A DNA stretch of 64,000 bases from a virus. The notes below the pieces were generated by a model, which ran no database searches, was not told where the DNA came from, and saw only the letters and a list, made by a program, of their open reading frames with translations. The position numbers were made by a program, and so were the translations under genes. Within the stretch, counting starts at the first letter, position 1. Every line of letters starts with the position of its first letter. The stretch covers positions 1-64,000 of IMG/VR virus record IMGVR_UViG_3300033571_024432; one strand, given 5' to 3'. Shown in pieces: positions 40,453-50,013 of the stretch.

Positions 40453-41640
40453 ATGCTTTATTTAAGAAAATATATTAAATTGTTATTTGAATCATCAGAT
40501 CTATCTGCACTTGAAAATAAATATTCATCTGAAATTATTAAAAAAAAATATCCTCAAAGCCATTATGAATTACATCATATAATAGATGAATTAAAAGACG
40601 TTTCAAAGAAATACGTAGGAAAAGAATGTTTAAACAAGTTAAAAGAAAAGATATTAGAAAATAACTATGAATTATTAGGTGAAGGTAATTATAGATCAGT
40701 TTATTCTAAACCTGAAGTGGATTTTATAATAAAATTATCAAGAAAAACTATAGAAGAAATTGACGATGATGTAGAAAAATATATAGAAGGTCAAAAGCAA
40801 TATAATATCGCTTTTCCAGACAGTCCTAAAAAATATAATGAAACACATTTTGATATAATTAGGAAAGCAAAAAAAGATACAGCTAGAGGAAATAGCATTG
40901 AATATAATAAAAGTTTGGAATATGGTAATAAATTTTTTACAAAGCAATATGCCGTTGATGAAAAAAATAATTATTGGGTTATTTCAGAAAAAGTAAATAA
41001 ACTGTATGGCAAAGATTTCGGAAAGTTTTTTCCATATTTGTATAACTTATATATAAAATTGCTTGTTAGTTATATAAAAATATTTTTTAGAATAGAAGAT
41101 ATAACAGAAGAAAAAGTAATGACTCATATTAATAGTGATTCATTTTTACAATCTTTTTTTCTTGCTGGAAAAGTAGAGTTTATGGATTCTATTTTTTCAG
41201 GATTAGAAAATAAAAGAATTTTTAATTTTAAAGATATTTTAAAACAATTTATATTTATTACTAACCCTTTTTGTGAATCTTCTGGCGTTGAATTAGTAAC
41301 AGCAATTCTTAAAGAAATCTCCGATATTGAACATTTAAAAGAATTAAATAAAGAAATATATAATATTCCTATAAGAAATGGTAATTATTTGTCAGGTATT
41401 GTTGAAGATATTATGTTAGAAATAGGAAATTTATCAAGTAATTTAAGTTATTTATTAAATGATATGTATACTGATTTAAATATGTCTCTTAATGATTTCC
41501 CAGATTTAACTTACTTGATGAATATTGTAATTAATGCAAATTTTAAAGATTTCCATGTAGATAATATTGGATATAGGAATAATGATATGAATAAAGAAAA
41601 GCCATGGAAAAATTTAGTCTTTTTAGATTATGGCAATTAA
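40453..41640 (+). CDS. Protein kinase-like enzyme, paralog 4
   Basis: LGEGNYRSVY, FIIKL, WVISEKV, DFHVDN, FLDYG. Confidence 0.8.
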   Translation: MLYLRKYIKLLFESSDLSALENKYSSEIIKKKYPQSHYELHHIIDELKDVSKKYVGKECLNKLKEKILENNYELLGEGNYRSVYSKPEVDFIIKLSRKTIEEIDDDVEKYIEGQKQYNIAFPDSPKKYNETHFDIIRKAKKDTARGNSIEYNKSLEYGNKFFTKQYAVDEKNNYWVISEKVNKLYGKDFGKFFPYLYNLYIKLLVSYIKIFFRIEDITEEKVMTHINSDSFLQSFFLAGKVEFMDSIFSGLENKRIFNFKDILKQFIFITNPFCESSGVELVTAILKEISDIEHLKELNKEIYNIPIRNGNYLSGIVEDIMLEIGNLSSNLSYLLNDMYTDLNMSLNDFPDLTYLMNIVINANFKDFHVDNIGYRNNDMNKEKPWKNLVFLDYGN

Positions 41641-41665
41641 TAATAAAAAATTTTTATAAAAACTT

Positions 41666-41694
41666 TTGTAAAGTAATAAAAATAATATTATAAT
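41666..41694 (+). promoter_or_regulatory. Sigma70-type promoter TTGTAA-N17-TATAAT
   Basis: TTGTAA 41666-41671 and TATAAT 41689-41694, upstream of the SSB gene. Confidence 0.65.
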
Positions 41695-41768
41695 ATAAAT
41701 ATATATTAAATAATATAATTTAATTTAATATAAACATTTAAAAACTAAACATTTAAAGGAAAATTTAT

Positions 41769-42596
41769 ATGGCTATCGATCTCGCTGCTATTCGTAAAAA
41801 ATTAAATCAAATCTCTGGCGTTTCTTCAAAGAGAAACATCACATGGCGTCCTGAAGAAGGTCAAGAATATCAAGTTCGTTTGTTATCATTCCCAAATAAT
41901 GATGGACAACCATTCAAAGAAATCATGTTTTACTATAATATTGGTACTAATCCAGGTCTTGTTGCACCTTTTCAATTTGGAAAACCAGATCCTATTCAAG
42001 AATTGATTACAAAATTAAGAGATGAAGGTTCAAAAGAAAGTTATGAACTTGCAAAGAAACTTTATCCTAAAATGCGTTGTTTTGCCCCTGTTGTTGTCAG
42101 AGGTGAAGAAGATAAAGGTGTTAGAATTTGGTCATTTGGCAAAACTTTATATCAAAATATCTTAAATCTAATGTTAGATGAAGATTATGGTGATATTACT
42201 GATATTCATCAAGGTAGAGATTTAAAATTAACATGCACAAAATCACCTGGAAAGACATTTGCTGATACAGAAGTTAGGCCTCGTGCAAAAAATACACCTT
42301 TAGCTGATCGTGAAGATGCAATTAATAAATTGGTTGCATCAATTCCTGATGTTTCTGAATTATTTGAAACAAAATCATATGTTGAACTTGAAAAGATCGT
42401 TAATGATTGGTTAAATGGTGATAATGAAAAAGAAACAGGAACAGTTAAAGGTGGTTCAAACACACAAGCAAGCGACTTTTTAGAAGATGACGAAGAAATC
42501 CAAGTAAAACCTTCACAAACAAAAACAACAAAACCTTCACAAACAAATAATTCTAAATATTCAAATTTAAATGACGCCTTTGCAGATCTTGAATAA
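41769..42596 (+). CDS. Single-stranded DNA-binding protein (T4 gp32-like)
   Basis: WRPEEG...VRLL...PFKE..FYY...GKPDPI...KLYPKMR.FAPVVVRG...DITD...GRD; acidic C-terminus ending AFADLE. Confidence 0.85.
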   Translation: MAIDLAAIRKKLNQISGVSSKRNITWRPEEGQEYQVRLLSFPNNDGQPFKEIMFYYNIGTNPGLVAPFQFGKPDPIQELITKLRDEGSKESYELAKKLYPKMRCFAPVVVRGEEDKGVRIWSFGKTLYQNILNLMLDEDYGDITDIHQGRDLKLTCTKSPGKTFADTEVRPRAKNTPLADREDAINKLVASIPDVSELFETKSYVELEKIVNDWLNGDNEKETGTVKGGSNTQASDFLEDDEEIQVKPSQTKTTKPSQTNNSKYSNLNDAFADLE

Positions 42597-42697
42597 ATGC
42601 AGATCTTGAATACAATTATTCTTTATTTCTTTGCTTTTTCTTATTTTTTACTAAAATATATTATATTAAAACTACTTTTAAACAAAAGGACTTTTTT

Positions 42698-45007
42698 ATG
42701 GCCGCACCTAAAAAGAAAATAAGTCAGGATTTACAACCTGATCTAATCACTGATGACTTTACTAGTGATCTCATTAAATCTCTAAATAAAGAACGTGGTA
42801 TGCGTATTGCATACAATCTCTCATCAGATGAATCACCTACACATGTCAAACGTTGGATTAGCACAGGCTCAATTCAACTTGACTATATTATTTCAAATCG
42901 TAAAAATGGCGGTCTTCCAGAAGGTCGTATTATCGAAATCTTCGGTCCACCATCGATTGGTAAATCACATATAGCCTCTCAGATTGCTAAATCAACTCAA
43001 AGAGCAGGTGGTATTGTTGTTTATATTGATACAGAAAATGCTGTTAGTATTGAAAATCTTAAAACTTTAGGTGTCGATATCTCAAAGCGCTTTGTCTATG
43101 TCGATACACACTGCACAGAAGAAGTCTTTAGTATCGCTGAAAGTACTATCATGAAATCTAAAGCTATGCAAAAAGATGTTCCTGTAACAATTATCTGGGA
43201 CTCAGTTGCAGCAACATCACCTAAGGCTGAATTGGCAGGTGAATACGATAAAGATAGTATCGGTCTTCAAGCTCGAGCCATTTCAAAAGGTATGAGAAAA
43301 ATTACAGGTGTTATCGCTAATCAGAATATTCTCTTTGTCTGTCTTAATCAAGTACGAACAAAGATGGGTGTAATGTATGGCGATCCTTCAACAACTCCTG
43401 GAGGTGAAAGCTACGCCCCCTATTCTAGAGTATAAATAGAAAATTAATTCCGTGAATTGCTGGAAACCCTTTAGAGTCTTTATTACTACAACATGATAAG
43501 TAATTGTGAGTGTGAAAGTTTGAAAAAATAAAGAATTAGGCAATCAGCAGCCAAGCATCCTGGTGACAGGTTGAAGGTTCAGAGACTAGTGTTAGTAACC
43601 TTTATCGATTTGTCATTATTTACCACAGAAAAACGAAGAAAGATAAAGAAGAAAAGACCTATGAGCGCGGAACAAAAATATAAATGCGAAATTTGTGGAA
43701 AATATTTCAAGTCAATTACAAATTCACATCTAAAGAAACATCAAATTACAACATATGAATACAAAGATATGTATCCTAATGTTGTTTTTGGAAATTTTGA
43801 AAGATTTAATAATTGGAGAGTGTCAGAAGAGAATAAACAAAATTGCATAAAAATGTCGCAAAAAGTTTATTCAAATGATGATATTAATTCAAGAAGAGTA
43901 CAATCAATCAAAAAAGTTACAAAAAGTCAAGAATATAAAAGTAGTCAATCCCAAAAAATGAAATTAGTTGCAAAAACAGAGAAAATGATTTCTTTTTACA
44001 ATGAAGCAAAAGAAAGAATTACACCTTGGATGAAAAAATCTAATTTCGAAAGATGGGAAATATTATACGGTTTAGAAGAAGCAAATAGACGTTTAGAGGA
44101 TTGGACAAAAAGGAATGTTTTACCTTCTAATTCAAGAAATACTAAACCTGAAATATTATTCATGAATATTTTAGACAATCTATGCTTATCATTTACTACG
44201 CAGAAAAGAGTTGGTAAATATATTTGCGACTTCTATCTTCCTGACTATAATTTGATTGTTGAAATCGATGGTAATTATTGGCATGCAAATCCCGAGATAT
44301 ATAAATCGACAGATATTATTGGACCAAAAAGATTTTCAGCCCAGAAAATATGGGAAAAAGACAATAATAAAAGTGCGTATATTCTTAATAAAAATTTTAA
44401 TTTGTTAAGATATTGGGAAAATGATATTAAAAATATTTCGTATGAAAAAGTTTTTGAAGATATAGTCCAAACATCTAAGAAATTAGATGAAGAAAAGGTC
44501 GCAATTCCTTTCCACTCATCTGTAAGAATTAAATTAGGCGCAGGTAGCCCAATTGAAGGTGCAGATAAAGAACCTATTGGTATTAATGTATCAGCGAAAA
44601 TTATTAAAAATAAAGTATCAGCCCCATTTAGAAAAGCTGAATTTAGAATTATTTTTGGTAAAGGCATTTTTGAACATGAAGAAATTTTTGATACATTAAG
44701 AAAATTAGGTGAATTTGAATATAATGGTAAAAAAGTGTGTATTGATGGCAATGGTGCTTGGAAATCATTAGTAGTTACTACAATGACAGATGTTATTGAG
44801 ATAGAAAAAAAGTTTTATAAGTCTGATTTCGATAAAATCATGAATGATCCTTTATATAAGGAATACATTGATGTTGCAATTGAAAAAGCATATACAAAAT
44901 CGTCCAATGATATTTTAGTAGAAGATATTGATCAAGATTCTTATATTGAAAATGAAGCTGCAGCGATGGCTTTAGTAGAAAATGATTATTTAGCAGGTGA
45001 TGATTGA
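42698..45007 (+). CDS. recA: RecA/UvsX recombinase, spliced: join(42698..43405,44498..45007), 405 aa
   Basis: GPPSIGKS Walker A, IIWDSVAA Walker B, LNQVR. Splicing restores DPSTTPGG|VAIPFHSSVRIKL. Confidence 0.92.
43406..44497 (+). mobile_element. Group I self-splicing intron in recA
   Basis: 5' exon ends in U (GGT). P gaattgctggaaa 43454, Q aatcagcagcc 43542, R gttcagagacta 43577, S aagatatagtcc 44457; terminal G at 44497. gcccccu can pair with the exon end as P1. Confidence 0.92.
43661..45007 (+). CDS. Intron-encoded homing endonuclease (C2H2 Zn finger plus Vsr/DUF559-like domain); ORF has no stop before recA exon 2
   Basis: CEICGK....TNSHLKKH; TKPE...CDFY...IVEIDGNYWH...KD......LLRYWE. 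Confidence 0.8.
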   Translation: MSAEQKYKCEICGKYFKSITNSHLKKHQITTYEYKDMYPNVVFGNFERFNNWRVSEENKQNCIKMSQKVYSNDDINSRRVQSIKKVTKSQEYKSSQSQKMKLVAKTEKMISFYNEAKERITPWMKKSNFERWEILYGLEEANRRLEDWTKRNVLPSNSRNTKPEILFMNILDNLCLSFTTQKRVGKYICDFYLPDYNLIVEIDGNYWHANPEIYKSTDIIGPKRFSAQKIWEKDNNKSAYILNKNFNLLRYWENDIKNISYEKVFEDIVQTSKKLDEEKVAIPFHSSVRIKLGAGSPIEGADKEPIGINVSAKIIKNKVSAPFRKAEFRIIFGKGIFEHEEIFDTLRKLGEFEYNGKKVCIDGNGAWKSLVVTTMTDVIEIEKKFYKSDFDKIMNDPLYKEYIDVAIEKAYTKSSNDILVEDIDQDSYIENEAAAMALVENDYLAGDD

Positions 45008-45990
45008 TGCAAACTGAATTACTTATTGATGGTTTAAATAATTTTATTCGACATTTCTCGACAAATCCTAAAATGTCTATGTATAATGAACCTTGTGGTG
45101 CAATTTCAGGAGTTTTAGGAACGATATATAGAGGTATTGAAAAATATAAACCTGATAAAGTAACTGTTGTATGGGAAGGTGGTGGTAGTATCAGACGAAG
45201 AGCATTATATCCTGAATATAAGGCAGGACGTAAGCCATTAAGTTTAAATCGACCATATTCAGATTATGAGAAAAGAAATCCAAATGAAAATGATAATTGG
45301 GATTGGCAATTAAGAACGTTGATTCATCTTTTACCAATGTTAAAAATTGGTCAAATATATATAGATGACTGTGAAGCAGATGATGTTATTGCATATATTT
45401 GTAAATGGAAGTCTAGAGAAGATGCGAAAATTATCATTAGTACTGATCATGATTATTTACAATTAATTGATGATAAGACACGAGTTTGGACGCCTAGAAA
45501 ACATCATAATTTATATGATAAAGATGAAGTAAAATTAATGTTTGGTATACCCCCACACAATTTTTGTGTAGCTAGATGCTTCACTGGTGATACATCTGAT
45601 AACATTAGAGGGATAGTAGGCGTTGGTTATAAGTATTTAATTAAATACGCGCCAAAGATTACTGGTGATGATCCTGTAACAATTGAAGAAGTATTAGCAG
45701 AAGCAGCAATGTCTCTTGAAACAGCCAAGAATGAAAAAAAGGCAATTGTTAGATGTGAAAAAATCGCTAGTTTTCCATTACAACAAGCCAAATTGAATTG
45801 GCAGTTGATGAATCTAGATAATCCGCAAATGTCTGCTACACAAATACAACAATTAATTTATCAACATGATCTACAGAGAAAAATGTCTCCAAAGCTAGAA
45901 GTTAAGAAATTTCTTAGTAATCAAGGTTTAAATAATATTGACGTTGATTTATTTGGAATGATGGTACAAAATACATTGGCTAAAGATTAA
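45004..45990 (+). CDS. 5'-3' exonuclease / RNase H (T4 rnh, FEN-like)
   Basis: LLIDGLN, VWEG, YPEYKAGRK, EADDVIA, STDHDYLQL, GDTSDNIRGIVGVG. Confidence 0.9.
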   Translation: MMQTELLIDGLNNFIRHFSTNPKMSMYNEPCGAISGVLGTIYRGIEKYKPDKVTVVWEGGGSIRRRALYPEYKAGRKPLSLNRPYSDYEKRNPNENDNWDWQLRTLIHLLPMLKIGQIYIDDCEADDVIAYICKWKSREDAKIIISTDHDYLQLIDDKTRVWTPRKHHNLYDKDEVKLMFGIPPHNFCVARCFTGDTSDNIRGIVGVGYKYLIKYAPKITGDDPVTIEEVLAEAAMSLETAKNEKKAIVRCEKIASFPLQQAKLNWQLMNLDNPQMSATQIQQLIYQHDLQRKMSPKLEVKKFLSNQGLNNIDVDLFGMMVQNTLAKD

Positions 45991-46009
45991 AAATTATATT
46001 TTTAATGAA

Positions 46010-46038
46010 TTGTAAATGTATGTTTTAATTAATAATAT
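46010..46038 (+). promoter_or_regulatory. Promoter variant TTGTAA-N17-TAATAT
   Basis: Upstream of the helicase gene. Confidence 0.45.
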
Positions 46039-46087
46039 TTAATTTATATTATAAATCTATTTTTTTAATAATTAACAGGAAAATTCA

Positions 46088-47467
46088 ATGAATATTACTG
46101 AAAAAAGTTTTTCGAAATACGGCAAATCATTTCAAGAGAAAGTATTTCAAAGTTTATTAAGCGATCGTATTTGGGCTGCGCAAATGATTGAGGTAATGGA
46201 TCCTAGTTATTTTGATATTAAATATTTATCATTTTTGTGTGAGAAATATTTTAAGTATTATGATAAATATAAATCTTTTCCTACTTTATCATTATTAGTA
46301 ACAATTGTAAAAGAAGAGTTTGAAAAAAATAACGATACTATTTTAAGAGATCAAATTATTGAATATTTGACTAGAATGAAAACAAATCCTGATTTAGGTG
46401 ATATTGAATATATCAAAGATAAATCATTGGAATTTTGTAAAAGACAAGTTTTTAAAGAGGCTCTAGAAAAAAGTGTGCAAATGATTCAAACAGAAAATTA
46501 TGATTCTGTTTTAGGTATCATGAAAGATGCTATTGCTGCAGGTTTACCATCATCTCAAGGACATGATTTCTTTGAAGATATTCAAGCAAGATTTGTAAAA
46601 GTCAATAGATTAGCTGTTCCTACAGGTTTAAAAAGACTTGATGATAAAGATTTATTACGAGGTGGTTTAGGTAGAGGAGAAATTGGTGTTCTTGCAGCAC
46701 CTACTGGTGTTGGTAAATCACATTTTTTGGTTGCAATGGGAGCTAATGCAATGCGTCATGGTAAAAATGTTATTCATTATACATTTGAATTAACAGAGAC
46801 TGATGTTGGTTTAAGATATGATTCAAACTTATGTGATATTCCTTCAAATGAAATTGTTGATAGAAAAGACGAAGTAATTGAAAAATATAATAACATGGAT
46901 TTAGGTAGACTTGTTATTAAAGAATATCCAACAGGAACAGCAACTGTTAATACTTTAAGAACGCATATTGAAAAACTATCGTTGAAAGGTTTTGTACCAA
47001 ATATTATTATTGTAGATTATGCTGATGTTATGAGATCTAGTCGTAAAATGGAAAGTTTAAGACATGAATTAAAATTAGTATATGAAGAATTAAGAAATCT
47101 TGCAATGGATTTAAATTTACCTATTTGGACAGCATCGCAAGCAAATAGAGACGCATCAAATTCAGATGTTGTAGGTCTTGAAAATATGTCTGAGGCTTAT
47201 GGTAAAGCAATGGTCGCCGATATTGTTTTATCTTTAAGCAGAAAACCTACAGAAAAAGCAACAGGGCAAGCAAGACTTTTTGTTGCTAAAAATAGAGCAG
47301 GTCGTGATGGTATTTTATTTCCAATATCAATTGATACAGCTAAATCTAAGTTTGCAATTTTAGATGATACAGAAATGACATTGAATGAAATAATGCAGCA
47401 AGACAAGACAGACATGAAAGAAATTTTAAAAAGAAAATGGAATGAAGTTCAAAATAAGGATGAATAA
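46088..47467 (+). CDS. Replicative DnaB/gp41-like helicase
   Basis: APTGVGKS, YTFEL, IVDY, IWTASQANR, KNRAG. Confidence 0.92.
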   Translation: MNITEKSFSKYGKSFQEKVFQSLLSDRIWAAQMIEVMDPSYFDIKYLSFLCEKYFKYYDKYKSFPTLSLLVTIVKEEFEKNNDTILRDQIIEYLTRMKTNPDLGDIEYIKDKSLEFCKRQVFKEALEKSVQMIQTENYDSVLGIMKDAIAAGLPSSQGHDFFEDIQARFVKVNRLAVPTGLKRLDDKDLLRGGLGRGEIGVLAAPTGVGKSHFLVAMGANAMRHGKNVIHYTFELTETDVGLRYDSNLCDIPSNEIVDRKDEVIEKYNNMDLGRLVIKEYPTGTATVNTLRTHIEKLSLKGFVPNIIIVDYADVMRSSRKMESLRHELKLVYEELRNLAMDLNLPIWTASQANRDASNSDVVGLENMSEAYGKAMVADIVLSLSRKPTEKATGQARLFVAKNRAGRDGILFPISIDTAKSKFAILDDTEMTLNEIMQQDKTDMKEILKRKWNEVQNKDE

Positions 47468-47470
47468 TAA

Positions 47471-47953
47471 ATGATTAAAGTATATACAACAGAAAAATTA
47501 AAAAAAGTTTTAAATGAAAAAAATATTCAAAATTATGTTCCTGCTTATGCTGGAGAAAGTGTAGGATTAGATTTATACGCAACACAAAAAGTACAATTTG
47601 ATCCAGCAACTTCATTATTAGGCGATAAAGGATCAACTATTCCAACTGGATTACATATTGCATTACCTAGATCATACGCAGGTTTAATTCTTGAAAGAGG
47701 TTCAATTACAAAAACACCTTTAAAAGTAAGGGCAGGTGTAGTTGATCCAGGATATACGGGTGAAATATTTGTAAATGCTGTAAACGTTTCAGATACTTCG
47801 TATTTAATTAAAGAAGGTGATAAATTACCTTTTCAAATTATTGTTGTAAAATGTGACAATGATTTTCAGGTAATTCAAGAAGAAGAATATTTAGAAATTA
47901 CTAAATCATCTTTGAGACAGAACGGACAAGTAGGAAGTTCTGATAAAAAATAA
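47471..47953 (+). CDS. dut: Trimeric dUTPase
   Basis: GLDL, ERGS, GVVDPGYTGEI, RQNGQVGSSD. Confidence 0.88.
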   Translation: MIKVYTTEKLKKVLNEKNIQNYVPAYAGESVGLDLYATQKVQFDPATSLLGDKGSTIPTGLHIALPRSYAGLILERGSITKTPLKVRAGVVDPGYTGEIFVNAVNVSDTSYLIKEGDKLPFQIIVVKCDNDFQVIQEEEYLEITKSSLRQNGQVGSSDKK

Positions 47954-47972
47954 ATTTATATATTGAGGTTTT

Positions 47973-49115
47973 ATGAAATATAATGGTATAGAAATTGATG
48001 TTAATTATGATAATAATTTAAGTGAACAAGCATATTCATTACTTAAAGATTATTATATGTTAGAAGGTGAAACAACACCTCAAATGAGTTATGCTAGGGC
48101 TGCATTAGCTTTTTGTTATAATGATTTTGAATTAGCACAAAGAATTTATGAATATGCAGCTAAAAACTGGTTTATGTTTAGCTCTCCAATTTTGTCAAAC
48201 GCTAAAACGCAAGACGGGAAAAACTCAAAAGGTTTACCTATCAGTTGTTTTTTAAGTTATGTTGATGATTCATTAGAAGGTTTAATGGATCACTCTAATG
48301 AATTAAGATGGATGTCTGTTAAAGGCGGTGGCGTTGGAGGTCATTGGTCAGCAGTTAGAGCAAATAGCGAAATTTCTCCAGGACCTATACCTTTTTTAAA
48401 GACTGTTGATGCAGATATGACAGCTTATAGACAAGGAAAAACTCGTAAAGGCAGTTATGCTGCATATATTGATATTAGTCACCCTGATATTGTTGAATTT
48501 TTAAATATTAGAGTACCTACAGGCGGTGATAGTCATCGTAAATGTTTTAATCTTAATAATGCAATTAATATTACAGATGATTTTATGAATGCAGTATTGG
48601 AAAACCAAGATTGGAAATTAATTGATCCTAAAACAAAAAGCGTTAGAGATACTATTAATGCACGTGAATTATGGCAACGTATTTTAGAAGTCAGATTTAG
48701 AACAGGTGAACCATATCTTAATTTCATTGATGAAGCGAATAGAAAATTACCACAATATCAACAAGAAAAAGATTTAAAGATACATGGCAGCAATTTGTGT
48801 ATAACTGGAGATTCTTTATTAACAGTTATGATTGATAATCAAATCAAAGAAATGAATATTAAAGACGTTATTACAGAGTTTGAAGAAAATAAAGATATTT
48901 ATGTATTATCATATAATATTGATAAGAAAATAAATGAGTTTCAAAAAGTGTTAGAAGGTCAATTAATGTCAGAAAGTGCTGAATTGTTGGAAATCGAGGA
49001 TGATGAAACAGGATTTAAATTAATTTGTACACCTGAGCATTTGATTTTTACAAAAAACAGAGGCTACGTGATGGCTAAAGACCTTACAGAACAAGATGAA
49101 CTGTTAATAAAATAA
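47973..49115 (+). CDS. nrdA: Class Ia RNR alpha subunit, N-fragment plus split intein N-half
   Basis: SSPILSN, PISCF, GGGVG, GSYAAY, TGEPY, HGSNL|CITGD; no ATP-cone evident. Confidence 0.93.
   Translation: MKYNGIEIDVNYDNNLSEQAYSLLKDYYMLEGETTPQMSYARAALAFCYNDFELAQRIYEYAAKNWFMFSSPILSNAKTQDGKNSKGLPISCFLSYVDDSLEGLMDHSNELRWMSVKGGGVGGHWSAVRANSEISPGPIPFLKTVDADMTAYRQGKTRKGSYAAYIDISHPDIVEFLNIRVPTGGDSHRKCFNLNNAINITDDFMNAVLENQDWKLIDPKTKSVRDTINARELWQRILEVRFRTGEPYLNFIDEANRKLPQYQQEKDLKIHGSNLCITGDSLLTVMIDNQIKEMNIKDVITEFEENKDIYVLSYNIDKKINEFQKVLEGQLMSESAELLEIEDDETGFKLICTPEHLIFTKNRGYVMAKDLTEQDELLIK
48798..49112 (+). mobile_element. Split intein, N-half (105 aa)
   Basis: CITGDS block A and CTPEHLIFTKNRGYVMAKDL block B, followed by a stop. 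Confidence 0.92.
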
Positions 49116-49160
49116 TGAAATTCACTCAGCCATAATTCTATATAAAAAAAAGGAAAACAA

Positions 49161-49922
49161 ATGAGTGAAAAATTTATTATTTATATTCATACTTTTAAAT
49201 CAACAAATAAATCATATATTGGTTATACATCATTAACTATTGAAAAAAGATTGCATAAACATATATTAAATTGTAAAGCAGGTTTTGAATCAAAGTTTTA
49301 TAGGGCTATAAAAAAATATGGAGTATCTGATATTGAAAGTCATATTTTACATGAATGTAAAAGTAAAGAAGAAGCAAAAGAAAAAGAAATCGAAATGATA
49401 AAAAATTTTGACACATTTGAAAATGGTCTAAATGAAACAATAGGCGGTGATGGAGGATGGATTGTTCCTGATGCTAAACTTGAAAGATGGAAGAAAACAA
49501 AAAGTGAAAGAATGTTAGGAGAGAGAAATCCGACATATTCAGGTGTAAAGGATATTGAAATTTTAGAAAAAGCATATGATTATTTTCTTAAGACAAATCA
49601 TATGCCGATTCGAAAATGGCAAATGTTTAGTAGCAAAGAATATAATTTTCCTAAGTCATATTCAAAATTTAGATTTAGAGAATATGGCTCAGGTTTAAAA
49701 GGTTTTAAAAATGCGATGAAAGAAATATATTCTCTAAATGATAATGATTTCAAATATGTCATAACCCAAGAACATATATCAAAGTTATCCAATTCAAAAA
49801 ATGGAAAGCATTGGTATATTAATATACATACGCAACAAAGAAGACAGTGTTTTGAGAAAGACATTGATAGAAAAGATTGGTTAACAGCCAATGAGATTAA
49901 AGGATTAAAAAATGGCAATTAA
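49161..49922 (+). CDS. Free-standing GIY-YIG homing endonuclease between the intein halves
   Basis: IIYIHTFKSTNKSYIGYT...RLHKH...AIKKYG...E...I..FDT...GLNETIGG. Confidence 0.88.
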   Translation: MSEKFIIYIHTFKSTNKSYIGYTSLTIEKRLHKHILNCKAGFESKFYRAIKKYGVSDIESHILHECKSKEEAKEKEIEMIKNFDTFENGLNETIGGDGGWIVPDAKLERWKKTKSERMLGERNPTYSGVKDIEILEKAYDYFLKTNHMPIRKWQMFSSKEYNFPKSYSKFRFREYGSGLKGFKNAMKEIYSLNDNDFKYVITQEHISKLSNSKNGKHWYINIHTQQRRQCFEKDIDRKDWLTANEIKGLKNGN

Positions 49923-50013
49923 AATAAAGAAAATTGAAAATACACAAGCTGTATACGATATTAAAGTAGAAAATAATCAAAATTTCTTTGCAAATAATAT
50001 GTTAATTCATAAT
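49912..50013 (+). mobile_element. Split intein, C-half (34 aa)
   Basis: MAIKIKK...VYDIKVENNQNFFANNMLIHN|C. Confidence 0.92.

Noticed and set aside
42503-42550. KPSQT repeat in the SSB tail
   Set aside because: Ordinary duplication in a disordered linker.
43571-45007. Track ORF read as one 478-aa gene
   Set aside because: It begins inside the intron core and merges the homing endonuclease (ATG 43661) with recA exon 2.
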